NCBI RefSeq assembly: GCF_020745735.1 | Contig: NC_083409.1 | Span: 13,267,259 to 13,331,258, forward strand | Direction of reading: 5' to 3' | Origin: Hemiscyllium ocellatum | Taxonomy: Eukaryota | DNA: 64,000 bases | Shown here: one piece after another, positions 1 to 13,260 of the stretch | How the letters are laid out: each line of letters opens with the position of its first letter | Position numbering within the stretch: position 1 is the first letter of the stretch | Program-made: the position numbers and the translations under genes | Notes under the pieces: generated by a model | Told to the model about the DNA's origin: nothing | What the model saw: the letters and a program-made list of their open reading frames with translations, nothing else | The model's database searches: none

Positions 1-260
1 CCTGCAGAGCCCTCTCAGCATAGATACAACATAGAAAAGGCATTTCGGCCCATTGAGTCTGCACGAACATAATTACAACTGAAGGCACTTTTATCCCAAT
101 TTCCTGCCGTTGTCCCAAATCCATGAACGTTATGATATTCAAGGGTTGTAAGGTATCTACCCTCCACTACCTTCCCTGACAGAGGGTTGCGAGTTTATAG
201 TTTGTGTCACATCAGACTCATGAAGCTGAATGAAATCTCAACTCTTTGGGCTTTTTTATG

Positions 261-597
261 GGTGGCATGGTGGCTCAGTGGTTAGTACTGCTGCCTCACA
301 GCACTAGGGACCCGGGTCGATTCCAGCCCCGGGTATCTGTGTGGAGTTTGCACAGTCTCCCCGTGTCTGCGTGTTTTTCCTCTGTATGCTCCAGTTTCCT
401 CCCACAACCCAAAGATGTGCAGCTTAGGTGAATTGGCCATGCTAAAATTGTCCATAGTGTTCAGGGATGTGTTACTTAGGTGTGTTAGTCAGGGGAAATA
501 GCCAAGGGGAGTGGATCTCGGGTGAATTTCTCTTCGGAGGATTGGTCGGGACGTGTTGCACCAAATGGCCTGTTTCCACACTGTAGGAATTCTATGA
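261..597 (+). mobile_element. HE1-type tRNA-derived V-SINE
   Basis: A-box-like GTGGCTCAGTGG, V-domain TGTGTGGAGTTTGCAC...CTCCCCGTGTCTGCG, CR1-like tail GGCCTGTTTCCACACTGTAGG. Confidence 0.85.
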
Positions 598-999
598 CAG
601 TCCATTCCAGATTCCCACCACCCTCTGAGTGAAAGAGGTTCTTTCCCAAATCTCATTTGCGATGTTCGTAAAGGAATCTTTCAAACCATTCATATTGTTC
701 AGTGTCCTTTAGATCTTGCGCTCCTTGTTCGATAAGTGTTTTTTTTCCTGATAAAATATGAGTTCCCTGATGGGTTTAACCTTGTCCAATCAGGGAGCCT
801 TGGCTGACAGATAAAAATGGGAGTGTCAGAAGGACTGATACTCTGTTACCTGACTCTGAATAACAACCTGCCAACCATCCCCCTCCTTCTGTTACCCTCA
901 ATCTCCTCATGCTTATTCTTGATACCCCTTCAATCCAGCTTGAGCTTCCTTTGGGAGAGGTTGACCTTCCCTCCATCACCCAGGAACGTGGTTATCATC

Positions 1000-1302
1000 C
1001 CTGCTAGCACTGCTGCCTCACAGCACCAGGGTCCCAGGTTCGATTCCAGCCTCGGGTGAATGTCTGTGTGGAGTTTGCACATTCTCCCTGTGTCTGCCTG
1101 GGTTTCCTCCGGTTGCCCTGGTTTCCTCCCACAGTCCAAAGATGTGCAAATCAGGTGAATTGGCCATGTTAAATTGCCCATAGTTTTAGGTGCATTAGTC
1201 AGAGGGAAATGAGTCGGGTGGGTTTCTGTTTGGAGGGTCGGTGTGGATTGGTTGGGCCGAAAGGCCTGTTTCCACACTGTAGGTAATCTAATCTAATCTA
1301 AT
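1000..1302 (+). mobile_element. HE1-type V-SINE
   Basis: Same V-domain and tail as 261-597; ends in (CTAAT)n. Confidence 0.85.
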
Positions 1303-1764
1303 CCCAGAGGAGCATAGTCCCACTCACTCATTACAGACAGAGCCAAGTGGTGGTGAGTTTAATCCAAGGGTCACCACAGCTGAGGCAGGGGGAGAGAAGG
1401 TAGCACCTCCATGTTAGTCGTACCCTTCATTAATCCACTGCAACCCCCCTTGGGGCTGCAAGAATACAACCACCCTCGTTCAGTCAGCTCCCCTCTCTGT
1501 AAGGTAATATTACTGCACGTAGTTTTGAGCTAATTGACCATTGAAATATGACTATGGGTAGTCAGCACTGGCTGGGCAGGCAGCCACAACTGCAATGACC
1601 CTGGATCCAGAAAATCCCCTTGTAATCAGGCAACACATTAGGGAGCACAGTGCCCACTCCTCTGAAATCCCTCCCTTACTGAGAACACACTCGCAGTATT
1701 CACCTTTCTCAGTTGCCATCTCAATTTCACTGTAAATTCTATCAACTATGATCCTGCCCCACTA

Positions 1765-1850
1765 GCTGCCTGATGAAGGACCTCTGAAAGCATGTACTTC
1801 CAAAGAAACCTGTTGGACTATAACCTGGTGTTGTGTGATTTTTAACTTTG
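1765..1850 (+). mobile_element. Degenerate Penelope-derived short repeat with hammerhead-like core
   Basis: CCTGATGAAGG...GAAAGC followed by AAACCTGTTGGACTATAACCTGGTGTTGTG. Confidence 0.55.
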
Positions 1851-1975
1851 GCCATCTCACTGAGGCACCATTTCAGACTGAACTGTTTTTCATTCATGAT
1901 TTGAGATGATTAAAGCCAAGTCTTCAATTCCCATCACAAAGCCCATTCTCTATCCATCACTCAGAGACAAATACC

Positions 1976-2540
1976 TCAGAGACACCTACAGGCAGCACAG
2001 AGTAACACATTCACACTCAATGAGATACTGACAGGCAGTACAGAATAACACACACGCTCAGAGAGATATCTACAGGCAACACTGAGTAACGCACACACTC
2101 AGAGTGCCAGGCAGCACTGAGTAACACACACACTCAGAGTTCCAGGCAGCACTGAGTAACAAGGCAAAAGTGAGGACTGCAGATGCTGGAGCTTAGAGTC
2201 GAGAGTGTGGTACTGGAAAAGCACAGCAGGTCAGGCAGCATCTGAGCAGCAGCAAAATCAACGTTTTGGACATCCTGATGAAGGAATTTTCCTGATGAAG
2301 GCATTGATTCTCCTGCTCCTCGGATGTTGCCTGACCTGCTATGCTTTTCCACCACCACACTCTCTGAGCACTGAGTAACATGCTCACAGTCCATGCTGCC
2401 TGGAGGTGTCTCTCTGAGTGTGAACATGTTACTCAGTGCTGCATGTCGATGTCTCTGAATAACACACCCACACTCACAGTGACACCTCAGGCAGCATTAT
2501 GTAAAACACGCACACTGAACTCAGAGAGACACACAGCCTC
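1976..2540. repeat. ~35-41 bp minisatellite, interrupted by an insertion
   Basis: Units like CTCAGAGAGATACCTACAGGCAGCACTGAGTAACACACACA starting near 1976, 2017, 2057, 2098, 2133; an inverted unit near 2395-2440. Confidence 0.8.
2162..2366. mobile_element. Penelope-derived short element, inverted (hairpin) form
   Basis: Arm GAGTGTGGTACTGGAAAAGCACAGCAGGTCAGGCAGCATC is the reverse complement of GATGTTGCCTGACCTGCTATGCTTTTCCACCACCACACTC; flanked by AGCACTGAGTAACA at 2148-2161 and 2367-2380. Confidence 0.75.
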
Positions 2541-3441
2541 CATTCTCAGTGACTGGCCTTAAAACATTACAGGTACTATTCAGCATGCAGCAGAGAGCGC
2601 ACAGTGCTATCCCAGCAACTCTACCTGGATCAAAAGAGTGAAGAGGGAATGCCTCAGATTGTAATTACAGAGTCCCAACAGCTTTCAGTTTCTGTTTTGT
2701 TTGAAAACTTGCAACCTCCACAGTTTCCAGATCAAAGGGATCATTTGAAAATGATTGATGATTAGCTGTCAGTCCATACTGCAATGAAAGTCTTCCTGAT
2801 TGACAGACCAAACAGCTAATTGTGACAATGCTGTGCTGAAATGCATCCAATCAGCTGAAGAGAGTGATCCATTTCCAAAGCACACAGAAACAGAGACTGA
2901 ATCTTCTTCAACTTTAATCTGATTTGATTGGCTTTGGGAGAATAAACACTAAAATTAACAGCCCAGACAGAGGAAGCTGCTCAAATTCACAGCCACAATG
3001 GTGCTTGAGGAAAACACTTGTGGAGGTTTTTTCAGTAACATGAGAACCCTGTCCCTTTAAACAGTGACAAAACCTTAAATTGGAACTGGTGGCTGAGCAG
3101 GAAGGAGATCTGTTTTACTGAAGCAGAGACTTAAGAGGTTCACATTGTTTTGTACAGCTGGCACTTATCAACATCTTCAAGAGATTTTACTTAGCATCAC
3201 AAGTCAACCCTGACCCGTCAAACACTCCCAGAACAAGGACAGCATGAGGTTTTACATAGGATAAAACTCTCTCTACGCTGTCCCAATGAACTGCCTGAAC
3301 TCCTGAACCTCAGAAGTGTCCCCTAGACCAGTCCTGAGAAGGAGGAGCGTTGACATTCAGTGCTGACAATGACCTTTGTCCTGCCAGCTCAGCCCTGTTC
3401 TGTTTAAAGTTGTGTCTCCTCTGTGGACTGTCTCAAACACT

Positions 3442-3770
3442 CTACACACATTCTGATCTCCTGATGCTCTTGCTGAGGGGAGAGGGGAGGGTCACGTGGG
3501 TGAGGGCACAGGAGAAGCGAGCGTTGGACTCCCAGTCAGACCCAGAGAGGGTCAGCACTCTGCTGACACTGTAGGTGCTGTCTGAAGCTCGCAGGTAGTT
3601 GCTGGTCTGAACCCCGTCCGAAATGACTGCACCGTCCTTCTTCCACTGCACCTCCAGCTCATCGGGATAGAAGTGATTGGCAAGGCACACCAGGGTGGCA
3701 GTGCCCTTGGCATTGACCTGCTCCAGGGAGGGGGGCAGCAGGGTCAGCTTGGGCTGAGTGTTCTCACGGC
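3442..3770 (-). CDS. IGKC: Ig light chain constant exon, kappa-type (elasmobranch type III / NS4-like), intact
   Basis: Acceptor ttcag|GC (phase 1), then RENTQPKLTLLPPSLEQVNAKGTATLVCLANHFYPDELEVQWKKDGAVISDGVQTSNYLRASDSTYSVSRVLTLSGSDWESNARFSCALTHVTLPSPLSKSIRRSECV*; both C1 cysteines, the tryptophan and the terminal interchain cysteine are present. Confidence 0.95.
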
Positions 3771-4499
3771 CTGAAAGATAAGAGAAACAATTTTAATCCC
3801 TGCCTTTTGAAGAAACTTCAACTCTCAGAACATTCACTGGTAAAATGTTTGAACATTTGTATCCAATACCTACCAAACCCGACAAAAAAAACCAGGTATT
3901 GTTTAAATTGCTTCTTGGGAGTGAGTGTCACGAGCAGGGCCAGTATTTATTTCTCATCCCTAATTGCCCCGAGAAGGTGATGGGGAAAGACAAGGAACAG
4001 GTTTGGACTCTTGTTTAGGGAATGAATGTGGGCAGCTGGAAGGGCTATCAATGGGGGAGCAGTTTAGTGACAGTGATCAGAATTCAGTGAGATTGAGAGT
4101 AGAGATGGAAATGGAGAACCATGCAGCAAGTGTAAACGTTTTCACTTGGGAATGAACTATTTTACTAAACTGTGCGATAATTTAGTAAAAGTGGACTAGA
4201 ACCAACGCCATCATGTGAAATCAATGTCAGGGCAGTGGGATCCCTCAAAAGAAAAGACAGAGATTGTTCAGAATCTTTTCCCACAATGAGTAAGGGTGGG
4301 ACTCCCAAATCCAGACGCTCAGCCTGGGATGTCAAAAGGCAGCCAGAGTAGGGAAGACCAAACAGGGAAGGTGATGTTGGTTATCTGGAGTTATCTGCAG
4401 AAAGCCCAGAGGAGGATCGAAAATGCAGGGGTGGCATTGAACAGGACCTGAGGAAGGCAAAGACAGGATTAACTGTGTCCAACTGAATCAAAGAAATCA

Positions 4500-4940
4500 C
4501 AACAAACAAGAGGATTGGGGGTCAGGTACTGATACGGATTGAGAACTGGTTGGCAGACAGGACAGGAAGAGCGAGTCTTTTTCTGAATGGCAGATATTTC
4601 CCAGTTGGGGTACCACAGGGATCAGTCCTTGGTGCCCAGTTATTCATAACATATAATCATCGAGTCAGAGTCAGAGAAACCCAAAAGGCCCAACGGATCA
4701 TTGTGTCAAAAAACAACTCAATACTTCTCATCAATTTACCAGCATGAGAGAATTAGATGCGGCATGTGTTCAAGAAGGAATTAGATACAGTTCTTAAGAT
4801 TAATGAGTTCAAAGAATGTGGGGAGCAAGCAGGAACAGGGGACAGTGTTGGATAATTGACCATGATCATACTGAATGCTGGAGCAGGCTTGAGGGGCCGA
4901 ATGGCCTACTGCTGCTCCTGTGTTTTATGTTTCTGTCCGT
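4500..4940 (+). mobile_element. CR1 LINE fragments
   Basis: GVPQGSVLG RT motif in ORF 4550-4747 plus CR1 3' UTR GGCCGAATGGCCTACT. Confidence 0.75.
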
Positions 4941-5084
4941 TTCTCAGATAATGAAGGAATGTCTCTCGTCAGCTTGAGGCTGGAAGTCAGATGTGTGTGC
5001 AGGGGGAAGATGTGACCATGGTGATTAATGAATGCAGGTCAGTGAGATGGTTCAGAAGACACATGGGATAAACTGATTTTCTTT

Positions 5085-5420
5085 TTCCCTTGATGGAATG
5101 AGGGCATTGCTGGATCGGCAGCATTTATTGCCCATCGCTAATTGCCCAGAGGGCATTTTAGAGTCACCCACATTGCTGTGGGTCTGGTGTCACATGGGAA
5201 GGATGGCAGTTTCCTTCCCTAAAGGACATTAGGGAATCAGATGGCTTTTTTTCCTGACAATCAACAAGTGTTTCATGGTCATCATCAGACTCTTAATTCC
5301 AGATTTTTAAAATTGAATTCAAATTCCACCATCTGCTGTGGCAGGATTCTGCCCTGGTCCCTAGAACATTAATCTGGATCTCTGGATTAACAGGTCAGCA
5401 ATAACACTATTAGGCCATCA
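5085..5420 (-). mobile_element. tRNA-derived SINE, second family
   Basis: Minus strand starts GGTGATGGCCTAATAG (tRNA-like head); tail resembles the LINE 3' end at 52335-53040. Confidence 0.6.
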
Positions 5421-5469
5421 CCTCTCTTATCTCATTTTTGGTTGAGAGTGAAAGCAAGAAATTTGTTTA

Positions 5470-7175
5470 TTCTGGAACTTTATCAAACCCCAGTTAGAGC
5501 ACAGTGAGAGAACAGTGTACAGTTCTGGTCACCACATTACAGGAAGGATATGATCCCCTGAGTGATGGGGACAGTGGTGGATTTTGTCAGGAATGGGGAG
5601 TTTTAGTTTTGAGGAATGATTGGTTTGGCTGGGACTGTTTTCTTTGGAACAGAGAAGGCTGAGGGGAGATTTGATCAAGGCGTGTAAAATGATGAGGGGC
5701 CTGGATAGAATTTGTAGGAAGGACTGATTTCCATCAGCAGAGAGGGCAATAACCCTGGGGAGAGATTGAAATGAATTGGGGACAGGGTTCGAGGTGAATT
5801 GAGGAGTAATTGTTTTCACCCAGAGGCTGATGGGATCTGGGACTCACTGTCTGAAAGGGTAGGAGAGGCAGAAACCCTCATCACATTGAAAACAACACTT
5901 GGATATTCACTTGGAACAGCGAAACATCCAGAGCTATGGAGCAAGAGCTGGAGAGTGGGATGGAGCTCGATCCCTCTTTAACAAACCTCGGATTACCCAC
6001 AGATGAGGAGAACTTTATCCGAGAACATTGGAGCAGACTTGGATCCAAACATTTCGGGAAGGAGTCACATTGGCGTGTCTGTGTAGAATGCTCTTGAATA
6101 CATTTCAAACCTTACTGCATACCATTGGGCTGAGATCAAGGGTGAGGCTGCAAAGAGTCTCAGTGACCTGGGGTCAGGCAGGGTCACTGCTCCTAATGAC
6201 CCCATGCCTCCTGGAAGGTGAGAGTGCGCAGACAATGGGTGAGGTTCAGGATCAAGAGACTCTAACCTTAAAGAAAGACCTGCATTTGTGTAGCACCTGT
6301 CCCCAGCTCAGGATGTCCCAATGGCTCTTTCCAGCAGACTTTGTGCAGTGAGATCCCAAACACAGTATGATAATTAGCAGAGAAATAGATTTTTAGTGAT
6401 TTTTATTGGGGGATAAATAGTGACCAGGTACACCAGAAGGAACTGCCTGCTCTTCATCCAACAGTGCCATCTGAAAGACTCCCAGTTCAACCAAAAAAAA
6501 AGTTCTGTGAAAGTGGAGTTGCAGGTAGGTAGGGGAGTGACGAAGTAACTTGGTATGGTTTCCTTTATTGGGCAGCGCATTGAGTATTGGAGTTGGGAGC
6601 TGTTGTGGTTGTGCCAGACATTGGTCACTTTTGGAATACGGTGTGTAATTCTGGTATCCCTGCTGTAGGAACAATATTGTGAACCTTAAAATGCTTCAGA
6701 AAAGTTTTATAAGGGTGTTACCAAGGTTGGAGAGTTTGAGCTATCGGAGGAAGCTGAATAGACTGAGACTATTTTCCCTGGATTGTTGGAGGCTGAGGGG
6801 TGACCACACAGTGGTTTATAAAATCATGAGGGATATAGATACGGTGAATAGAGTAGATCTTTTCTTCAGAGTGGGGGAGTCCAGAACTAGAGGGCATAGG
6901 TTGAAGGTGACAGGGGAAAGATTTAAAAAGGACCTAAGGTGCAACGTTTTCATGCAGAGGGTCGTACATTTTTGGAATGGGCTGCCAGAGGGAGTGGTGG
7001 AGGCTGGTATGATTACAATATTTAAAAAGCCATCTGGATGGGTATATGTATAGGAAGGGTTGAGAGCGACATGGGCCTCATGCTGGCAAATGGGACTAGA
7101 TTAATTTAGGGTATCTGGTCAGGATGGATGACTTGGACTGAAGGGTCAGATTCTCTGCTGTACATCTCCATAACT
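5470..7175 (+). mobile_element. CR1 3' fragments, with a Deu-domain-like SINE relic at ~6270-6490 (minus)
   Basis: ORF 6679-7053 (RLRLFSLDCWRLRGD...FMQRVVHFWNGLP) is a CR1 ORF2 C-terminus; SINE relic reads ATGGCACTGTTGGATGAAGAGCAGG on minus. Confidence 0.7.
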
Positions 7176-7529
7176 GTAATTGTATTTCAATCGAGTCCCT
7201 AACACCTCAGGCTCTCCCAAAGACATTTACATTTTGTTTTAAAACAAGTCACTGTTGCAATGTCAGGAAATGGACAGCCAATTTCTACACAGCAAGATCC
7301 CACTAGAACCAATGAGATCAAAGAGCATTTTTGATGATGTTGGTCCAAGGATAAATATTGTCCTGAACTCAACCCAAAGAGAAAGGAATTTGGTTCAGTT
7401 GGATGGAAAATGAGAAAATGGAAGGTAAAGGAGAAGGCAGGATTGCTGGTTAGTGATGGGATTGATTGTTACCAGAAAATAAAAGGAAGGGATAGAATTT
7501 TTGAATATTAAAGGAACCATAAAAGTACA

Positions 7530-10480
7530 GGGAAAACGAACAATAGAACAAACTTAAAGGGTTTGTATCTAAATGCACGAATCATTCTGAGTAAGGCAGA
7601 CAAAGTGATGCCATAAATCGAGGTAAATTGAGTTTCCAAGGAATTTAAACTAGTTAAAGTGGAGGAGGGCTCAAGAGAGGCTATTCGGTTTCCAGAAGGC
7701 ATACCAGGAGAGAGAGTACAGAAAGGAACAAGAGTCGAGCATCAAGCACAGCAGATAAGAGGATAATGATGAGAAAGAGAGCAGTCAATGCAGGACTGAA
7801 GGTGTTGTACTTAAAAGCACACAGTATACGCAATGAGCTGGTAGTGCAGATTGAAACTGGCAGGTACGATGTTGTGGGTATCACAGAGACATGGCTGTAA
7901 GGGGATCCGGGCTGGGAACTAAATATCCAAGGATATATGTCCCATCAAAAGAACAGGCAGATGGACAGAGGGGGAAGAGTTGCCTTGTTAGTACGATATT
8001 AAATTAAATCAAAGCAAGAAGTGAGATAGAGTCAAAAGGTGTAGAATGTGTGTGGGTAGAGTTGAGGAACCGCAAGAAATAAAGAATATGATGCAAGTTA
8101 TGTCCAGATCTCCAAGCAGTAATCAGGGTGTGGAGAAGGAAATCAATCAGGAGACAGAAAAGCCGTATACAAAATGTCAGGGCAGACCTCAATGGATAGG
8201 TGGACTGGGTAGCACGTCTCAAGAAAAGGTTTTCATGGATGTCTACAAGATCGTTTTTGGAGCAGCTTGCGGTTGAGCCATTATGGAACAGGCAGTTCTG
8301 GATTCAGTGATGTGGAATGAGGCAAACTTGATTAATGAGTTGAAGGTGAAAGTATCCTTCTGGAAAAATGATCATAATATGATAGAATTCCCCCTGTAGT
8401 TTGAGAGGGAGAAGCTGCAATCAGATGGATCTGTATTTCAGTTGAGTAAAGGGAACAATAAAGACATGAGGAAGGAGTTGACCAGAGTTGGTTGGAAGGG
8501 GAGCCGAGCAGGTAAGATGGTGGGGCAGCAAACAGCAGGGTTTCTGGGCATAATTCAGGAAGCAGAGCAGGAATTCATCCGAAAAAAGAAGAAACATACT
8601 AAGGGGAGGACAAGGCAACCATGGCTGGTGAGGGAAGTCACGGACAGCATAAAAGCAAAAGAAAAAAATGCACAATGTGGTAGAGAAAAGTGGGAAGCCA
8701 GAGGGTTAGGAAGCCTTTGAAAACCTGGAGAGGATAAATAAAAAAGCATTAAAGGTGGAGAAGGGGAAATGTGGGGGTAAGTTAGCCGGTAATACAAAAG
8801 AAGATTGCACGAGTTTTATCAGATGTATAAAAAGGAAGAGGAAGGCAAAAATAGACATTGGAAAATGAGGCTGGAGAAAGTATTATAGGAAGTGAAGAAA
8901 TAGCAGAGGAATTGAATCGAAGCTGAAAGGTTGAATGTGGATAACTCACCCAGACTAGATGAACTACATGAGTGTGTTCTGAAGGAGATCACTGAGTAAA
9001 TTATGGAGGTATTGGAGATGATCTTTCAGGAATCAATGGAGTCAGGGTATGACAGTGTGGTGGACAGGGATCTGATGGGGGCAAGGGACTGGAAAGTGGC
9101 TCACATAACAGCCCTGTTTAAGAAGGGAGGGAGGAGGGAGAAGATGGGAAATTATAGGCCAGTTAGCCTGGACTCAGTTGTTGGTAAGGTTTTAGACTTC
9201 AATTTAAGGATGAAGTTGCAGAGGACTTAGAGGTGCAATTGTAAACTAGGGCTGAGTCAACACGGCTTCATCAAGGGGAGGTCATGCCTGGCAAATCTGT
9301 TAGAATTCTTTGAGGAGGCAATGAGCCAGTCAGACAAAGGAGAGTCAAAGGAAGTAATGTATTTGGATTTCTAGAAGGCCTTTGACATTAGATAAAAGCT
9401 TACAGTGTGAGGGCCGAGGCACTGGCATGGACTAAGGACTGGCAGGTTGGCATAAAGCAGAGAGTGAGGAAAAATGGTCGTTTGTGACTGGTAGAGTCAT
9501 GTAGGGGTCAATGTTAGGACCTTAACTATTCACGTTATACATTAACAATCTGGATGAAGGAAGTGAAGACATTGTTGCTAAGTTTGCAGATGACATGAGA
9601 TAGGTGAAGGGACAGGTAGTGTTGAGGAAGTGGGAAGAATGTAAAAGCTCCTGGAAAGGCTGGGAGAGTGGGCAAAGAAGTGGCAGATAGAATACAATGT
9701 GTTACAGTGTGAGGGTGTGCACTTTGGGAGGAAGAAGAGATGCAAAGACAATTTTCTAAATAAGAAAAGCTTTCGGAAATCTAAAGCACGAACCTCATTC
9801 AGGTTTCCCTTCAGGTTAACAGGCAGATCCAGTTTGTGCTTGGGAAGGCAAATGAAATGTTCGCATTCATTTCAGTCGGGTCAGAATACAAGAGCAGAGA
9901 TGTACTGCTGAGGCTGTGTAAGGCTCTGGTCAGACTGCATTTGGAATATTGTGAGCAGATTTGGGACCCATATTCTAAGAAACCATGGGCTGGCATTGGA
10001 GAGGTTTACAACAATGATCCTGGGGATGAAGGACTTATCGTATCAGATGTCCTTGAGGACTCTGGGTCTGTACTTGCTGGAGTTTAGAAGGATGAGGAGG
10101 GATCTTATTGAAATTTACAGAATACTGATCAACCTGGGTAGAGTGGATGTGAAAAAGATGTTTCCAAAAACAGGAGAGAGTCGGTAACCAAGGCACAGCC
10201 TCAGTATGAAGGGCCAACCCTTTCGAGCTGAGATGAGGAGGAATTTCTTCAGCCAGAGGGTGGTGAATCTGTGGAATGTATTGCTACAGAGGGCAGTGGA
10301 GGCCAAGTCACTGAGTGTATTTAAGACAGAGATAGATAGTTTGTGATAGTTAAGGGGATCGAACGTTCCTGTGGATAAAGCAGAGAATGGGGGTGAGAAG
10401 CATATCTGCCAAGATCAACTGGCAGAGCAGATTCAATGGGCTGAATGGCTGATTTCTGCTCCTATTTCTTAAAGTCTTCT
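7530..10480 (+). mobile_element. Long degenerate CR1 LINE (APE endonuclease, RT, 3' UTR)
   Basis: GRYDVVGITETW endonuclease start near 7860; NYRPVSL at 9003-9230; RLHLEYCEQIW; many stops and frameshifts. Confidence 0.85.
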
Positions 10481-10639
10481 GGAGAGTTTCCCCAAAACCC
10501 TGGAACACTGAACCCACTGGACTGTGAGCCCTGCTGGAGCTGTTTGTCATCAGAACTTTGCCAAGAGATGACCAAAGGGTGAAGAGAGTGTGCATTTAGG
10601 TGGGAACTTCAGAATGCTTCCTAGCTCCTGGAATACCAT

Positions 10640-13260
10640 GAGAACAGAAAGTGTGGTCAGTGACAGCAGTTGGAACTCCGGGTTTTGGAGCTTGAGCAGC
10701 AGCTGGTGTCAGTGCGGAGCGTCCGTGAGGCTGAGAGCTCCGTGGAGAGCACGTTTCTAGATGTGGTCACTCTGCAGCTTCAGCGAATGCAGGGTGAGAG
10801 GGAATGGGGGAGCAGCAGACAGTCCAAAAGGACCAGGCAGCTAGTAGTGGAATCCCCTGAGTGCATCGCACTCTCTAACCAGGATTCAGTTCAGAATCCT
10901 GATGAGAATGATGGTTCATCTGGGGAGTGCAGCCAGAGCCAAGCCCATGGCACCAAGGTGGAGGGTTCAGCAGTACAGGGGGTACAAGGAAGAGGGAGAG
11001 CGAGAGGAGATTCGAGAGTGAGGGCAATCAATAGGTGTTTCTGCAGTTGCAGATGGGAATCCAGGATGGTGTGTTGTCTCCCTGGTGCCAGGGTCAAGGA
11101 TGTCTCTGAGCGGCTGCAGAGCACCCTGAGGGGAGAGGGGGAACAGGCAGCAGTCGTGGTCCACATCGGTCCCAGTGACAGAGGGAGGAAAGGGATGTGG
11201 TCCTGCAGTCAGAATTTAGGGGGCTCTGGAGGGAATTAGTACTAGGATCTCAAAAGTTAGAATCTCCGGATTTCTCCCAGTGCCCCATCCAAGTGAGAAT
11301 CGGAACAGGAGGATAACACAGGTGAATGTGAAGCTGGAAAGAGGATCCAAGTTGGAGGACTTTAGATTCTTGGGACATTGAGACTGGGTCTGGGGGAGAT
11401 GGGACCTGGACAGACCAGACAGCGTTGTTCCTGAACCGAGCTGGGACTGAGTTCCTTTGGGGTGATTTACTAGTGCAGTTGGCGAGGGTTTAAATTAACT
11501 TGGCAGGGCTGTGGGAGCCAGGAGGGAATAACAGAGCGGAACACCAAGGACCACAGAATCCTCAGAACAGTCAACAAGTCACCACCCAATGGGAAGGATG
11601 CAGAGGAATACAAATGCAAGGAATTTACAGATACCTGCAAACGTGATAGAGTCATTATAAATGGTTCTTTAATTTTTGAATATAGACTGGGGTAGTAGCA
11701 GTGTAACAGGCAGGGAGGGGCCAGAGTTGTGAGAGTCTGTTCAGGTGAATTTTCGGGTGGCATTGTGGCCAGTGAAGAAGGCTGTCTAAGAGTACAATGG
11801 GATCTTGACCAACTGGGCCAGTGGGCTGAGGAATGGCAGATGGAATTTAATTCAGATAAATGTGAGTGCTGTACTTTGCAAAGCCAAACCAAGGCAGGAC
11901 TTTTACGGTTAATGGTAGGGCCCTGCGGAGTGTTGCTGAACAAAGAGACCGAGGGGTGAAGGTGCAGGTGCATTATTCCTTGACAGTGGAGTCACAGGTA
12001 GACAGGGAGATGAAGAAGGTGTTGGGTATGCTTACTTTTATTGGTCACTGCATTGAGTAAAGGAGTTGGGACATGATATTGCAGCTGTACAGCAGCTGGT
12101 GAGGCCACTTTGGGAATAATGTGAACAATTCTGATCATCCTGAGATAGGAAGGATGTTGTTAAACTTAAAAGGCAGCGGAAAAGATTTACAAGGATGTGG
12201 CCAGGAATTGGAGGGTTTCCGCTGTCGGGAGAGGCTGAAGAAATGGGCCTAATTTCCCTGCAGCATGTAAGGCCTCGAGGTGACCTTATGGATGTGCAGA
12301 AAATCATGAAGGGCATGGACAGGGTGTATATTCAAGGTCTTTTCCTTGGGAACGGGAGTCCAAAACAAGAGGGCATAGGTTTAAGGTGAGAGGCAAAAGA
12401 TTCAAAAGGGACCTGAGGGGTAACTTGTCACACAGAGGGTGGTGTGTGTCTGGATCGAGCTGCTAGAGAAAGCGTTGGAGGCAGATACAGTTACAGCATT
12501 TAAAACACATTGGGATGGGAACATGGATAGGAAGGGTTTAGAGGGATGTAAGCCAAATGCTGGCAAATGGGATGAGGTCATTTAGGAGATCTGGTTAACA
12601 CGGGCAAGTTGGATTGAAATGTCTGTTTCCACGCTGTATGACTCCATGACTATGAGGGACTGGAAAAGCTGAGCCTTTTTTCCCTCTAGTGTAAGAGTCT
12701 GAGGAGTGACCTTACAGAGGTTTATAAAATCATGAGGGACATAGATAATGTAAATCATTCAGGAAGCAGGTGAAATTTTGTAGAAATGGCAAAAATATTC
12801 CCAAAGATCATTCCAGGGATGAGGAACATCAGTTATTAAGATAGTTTGGAGAATTTGGGACTGACTTCTTTGGAGAAGGCTGAGAGGAGATTTGTTGGAG
12901 GAATTAAAATCAGGAGGGGCCTGGATACAGTAAATAGGGAGAAAATGTTCCCAAGAGAAAGGATTGAGACTGAGAGACCACAGATTGAAGGCAATTGGGA
13001 AAAGTCACAAAAGTGAGAGGGGGAACAACATTTTGGCCAGTGGTGGTTAAGGTGTGGAGTGCACTGCCTGAGAGTGTGGTGGAGGCAGCTTCAATTAAAA
13101 CATTCCGAAGGGAATGAGACTGATATTTGAAAAGCAACAATGTTCAGGGTGACAGGGAGAAAGCAGGAGAATGACACTCAGTGAATTGCTCATTCGGAGA
13201 GCCAGTCCAGACAGGATGGGCAGAATGGCCTCCTTGTGCAATGTGACAATTCTGTGATTA
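10640..13260 (+). mobile_element. CR1 with ORF1 (coiled coil + SGNH esterase-like) and stacked RT/3' fragments
   Basis: ORF 10670-11239 ELRVLELEQQL...CCLPGARVKDVSERLQ...VVVHIG; RT C-terminal fragments 11740-13260. Confidence 0.8.

Noticed and set aside
261-330. tRNA-like sequences with A/B boxes here and at 1000, 43553 and 63800
   Set aside because: SINE heads continuous with V-domains, not tRNA genes
3186-3191. AGTAAA as the polyadenylation signal of the C exon
   Set aside because: Non-canonical hexamer; no canonical AATAAA seen in ~440 nt after the stop; needs cDNA evidence
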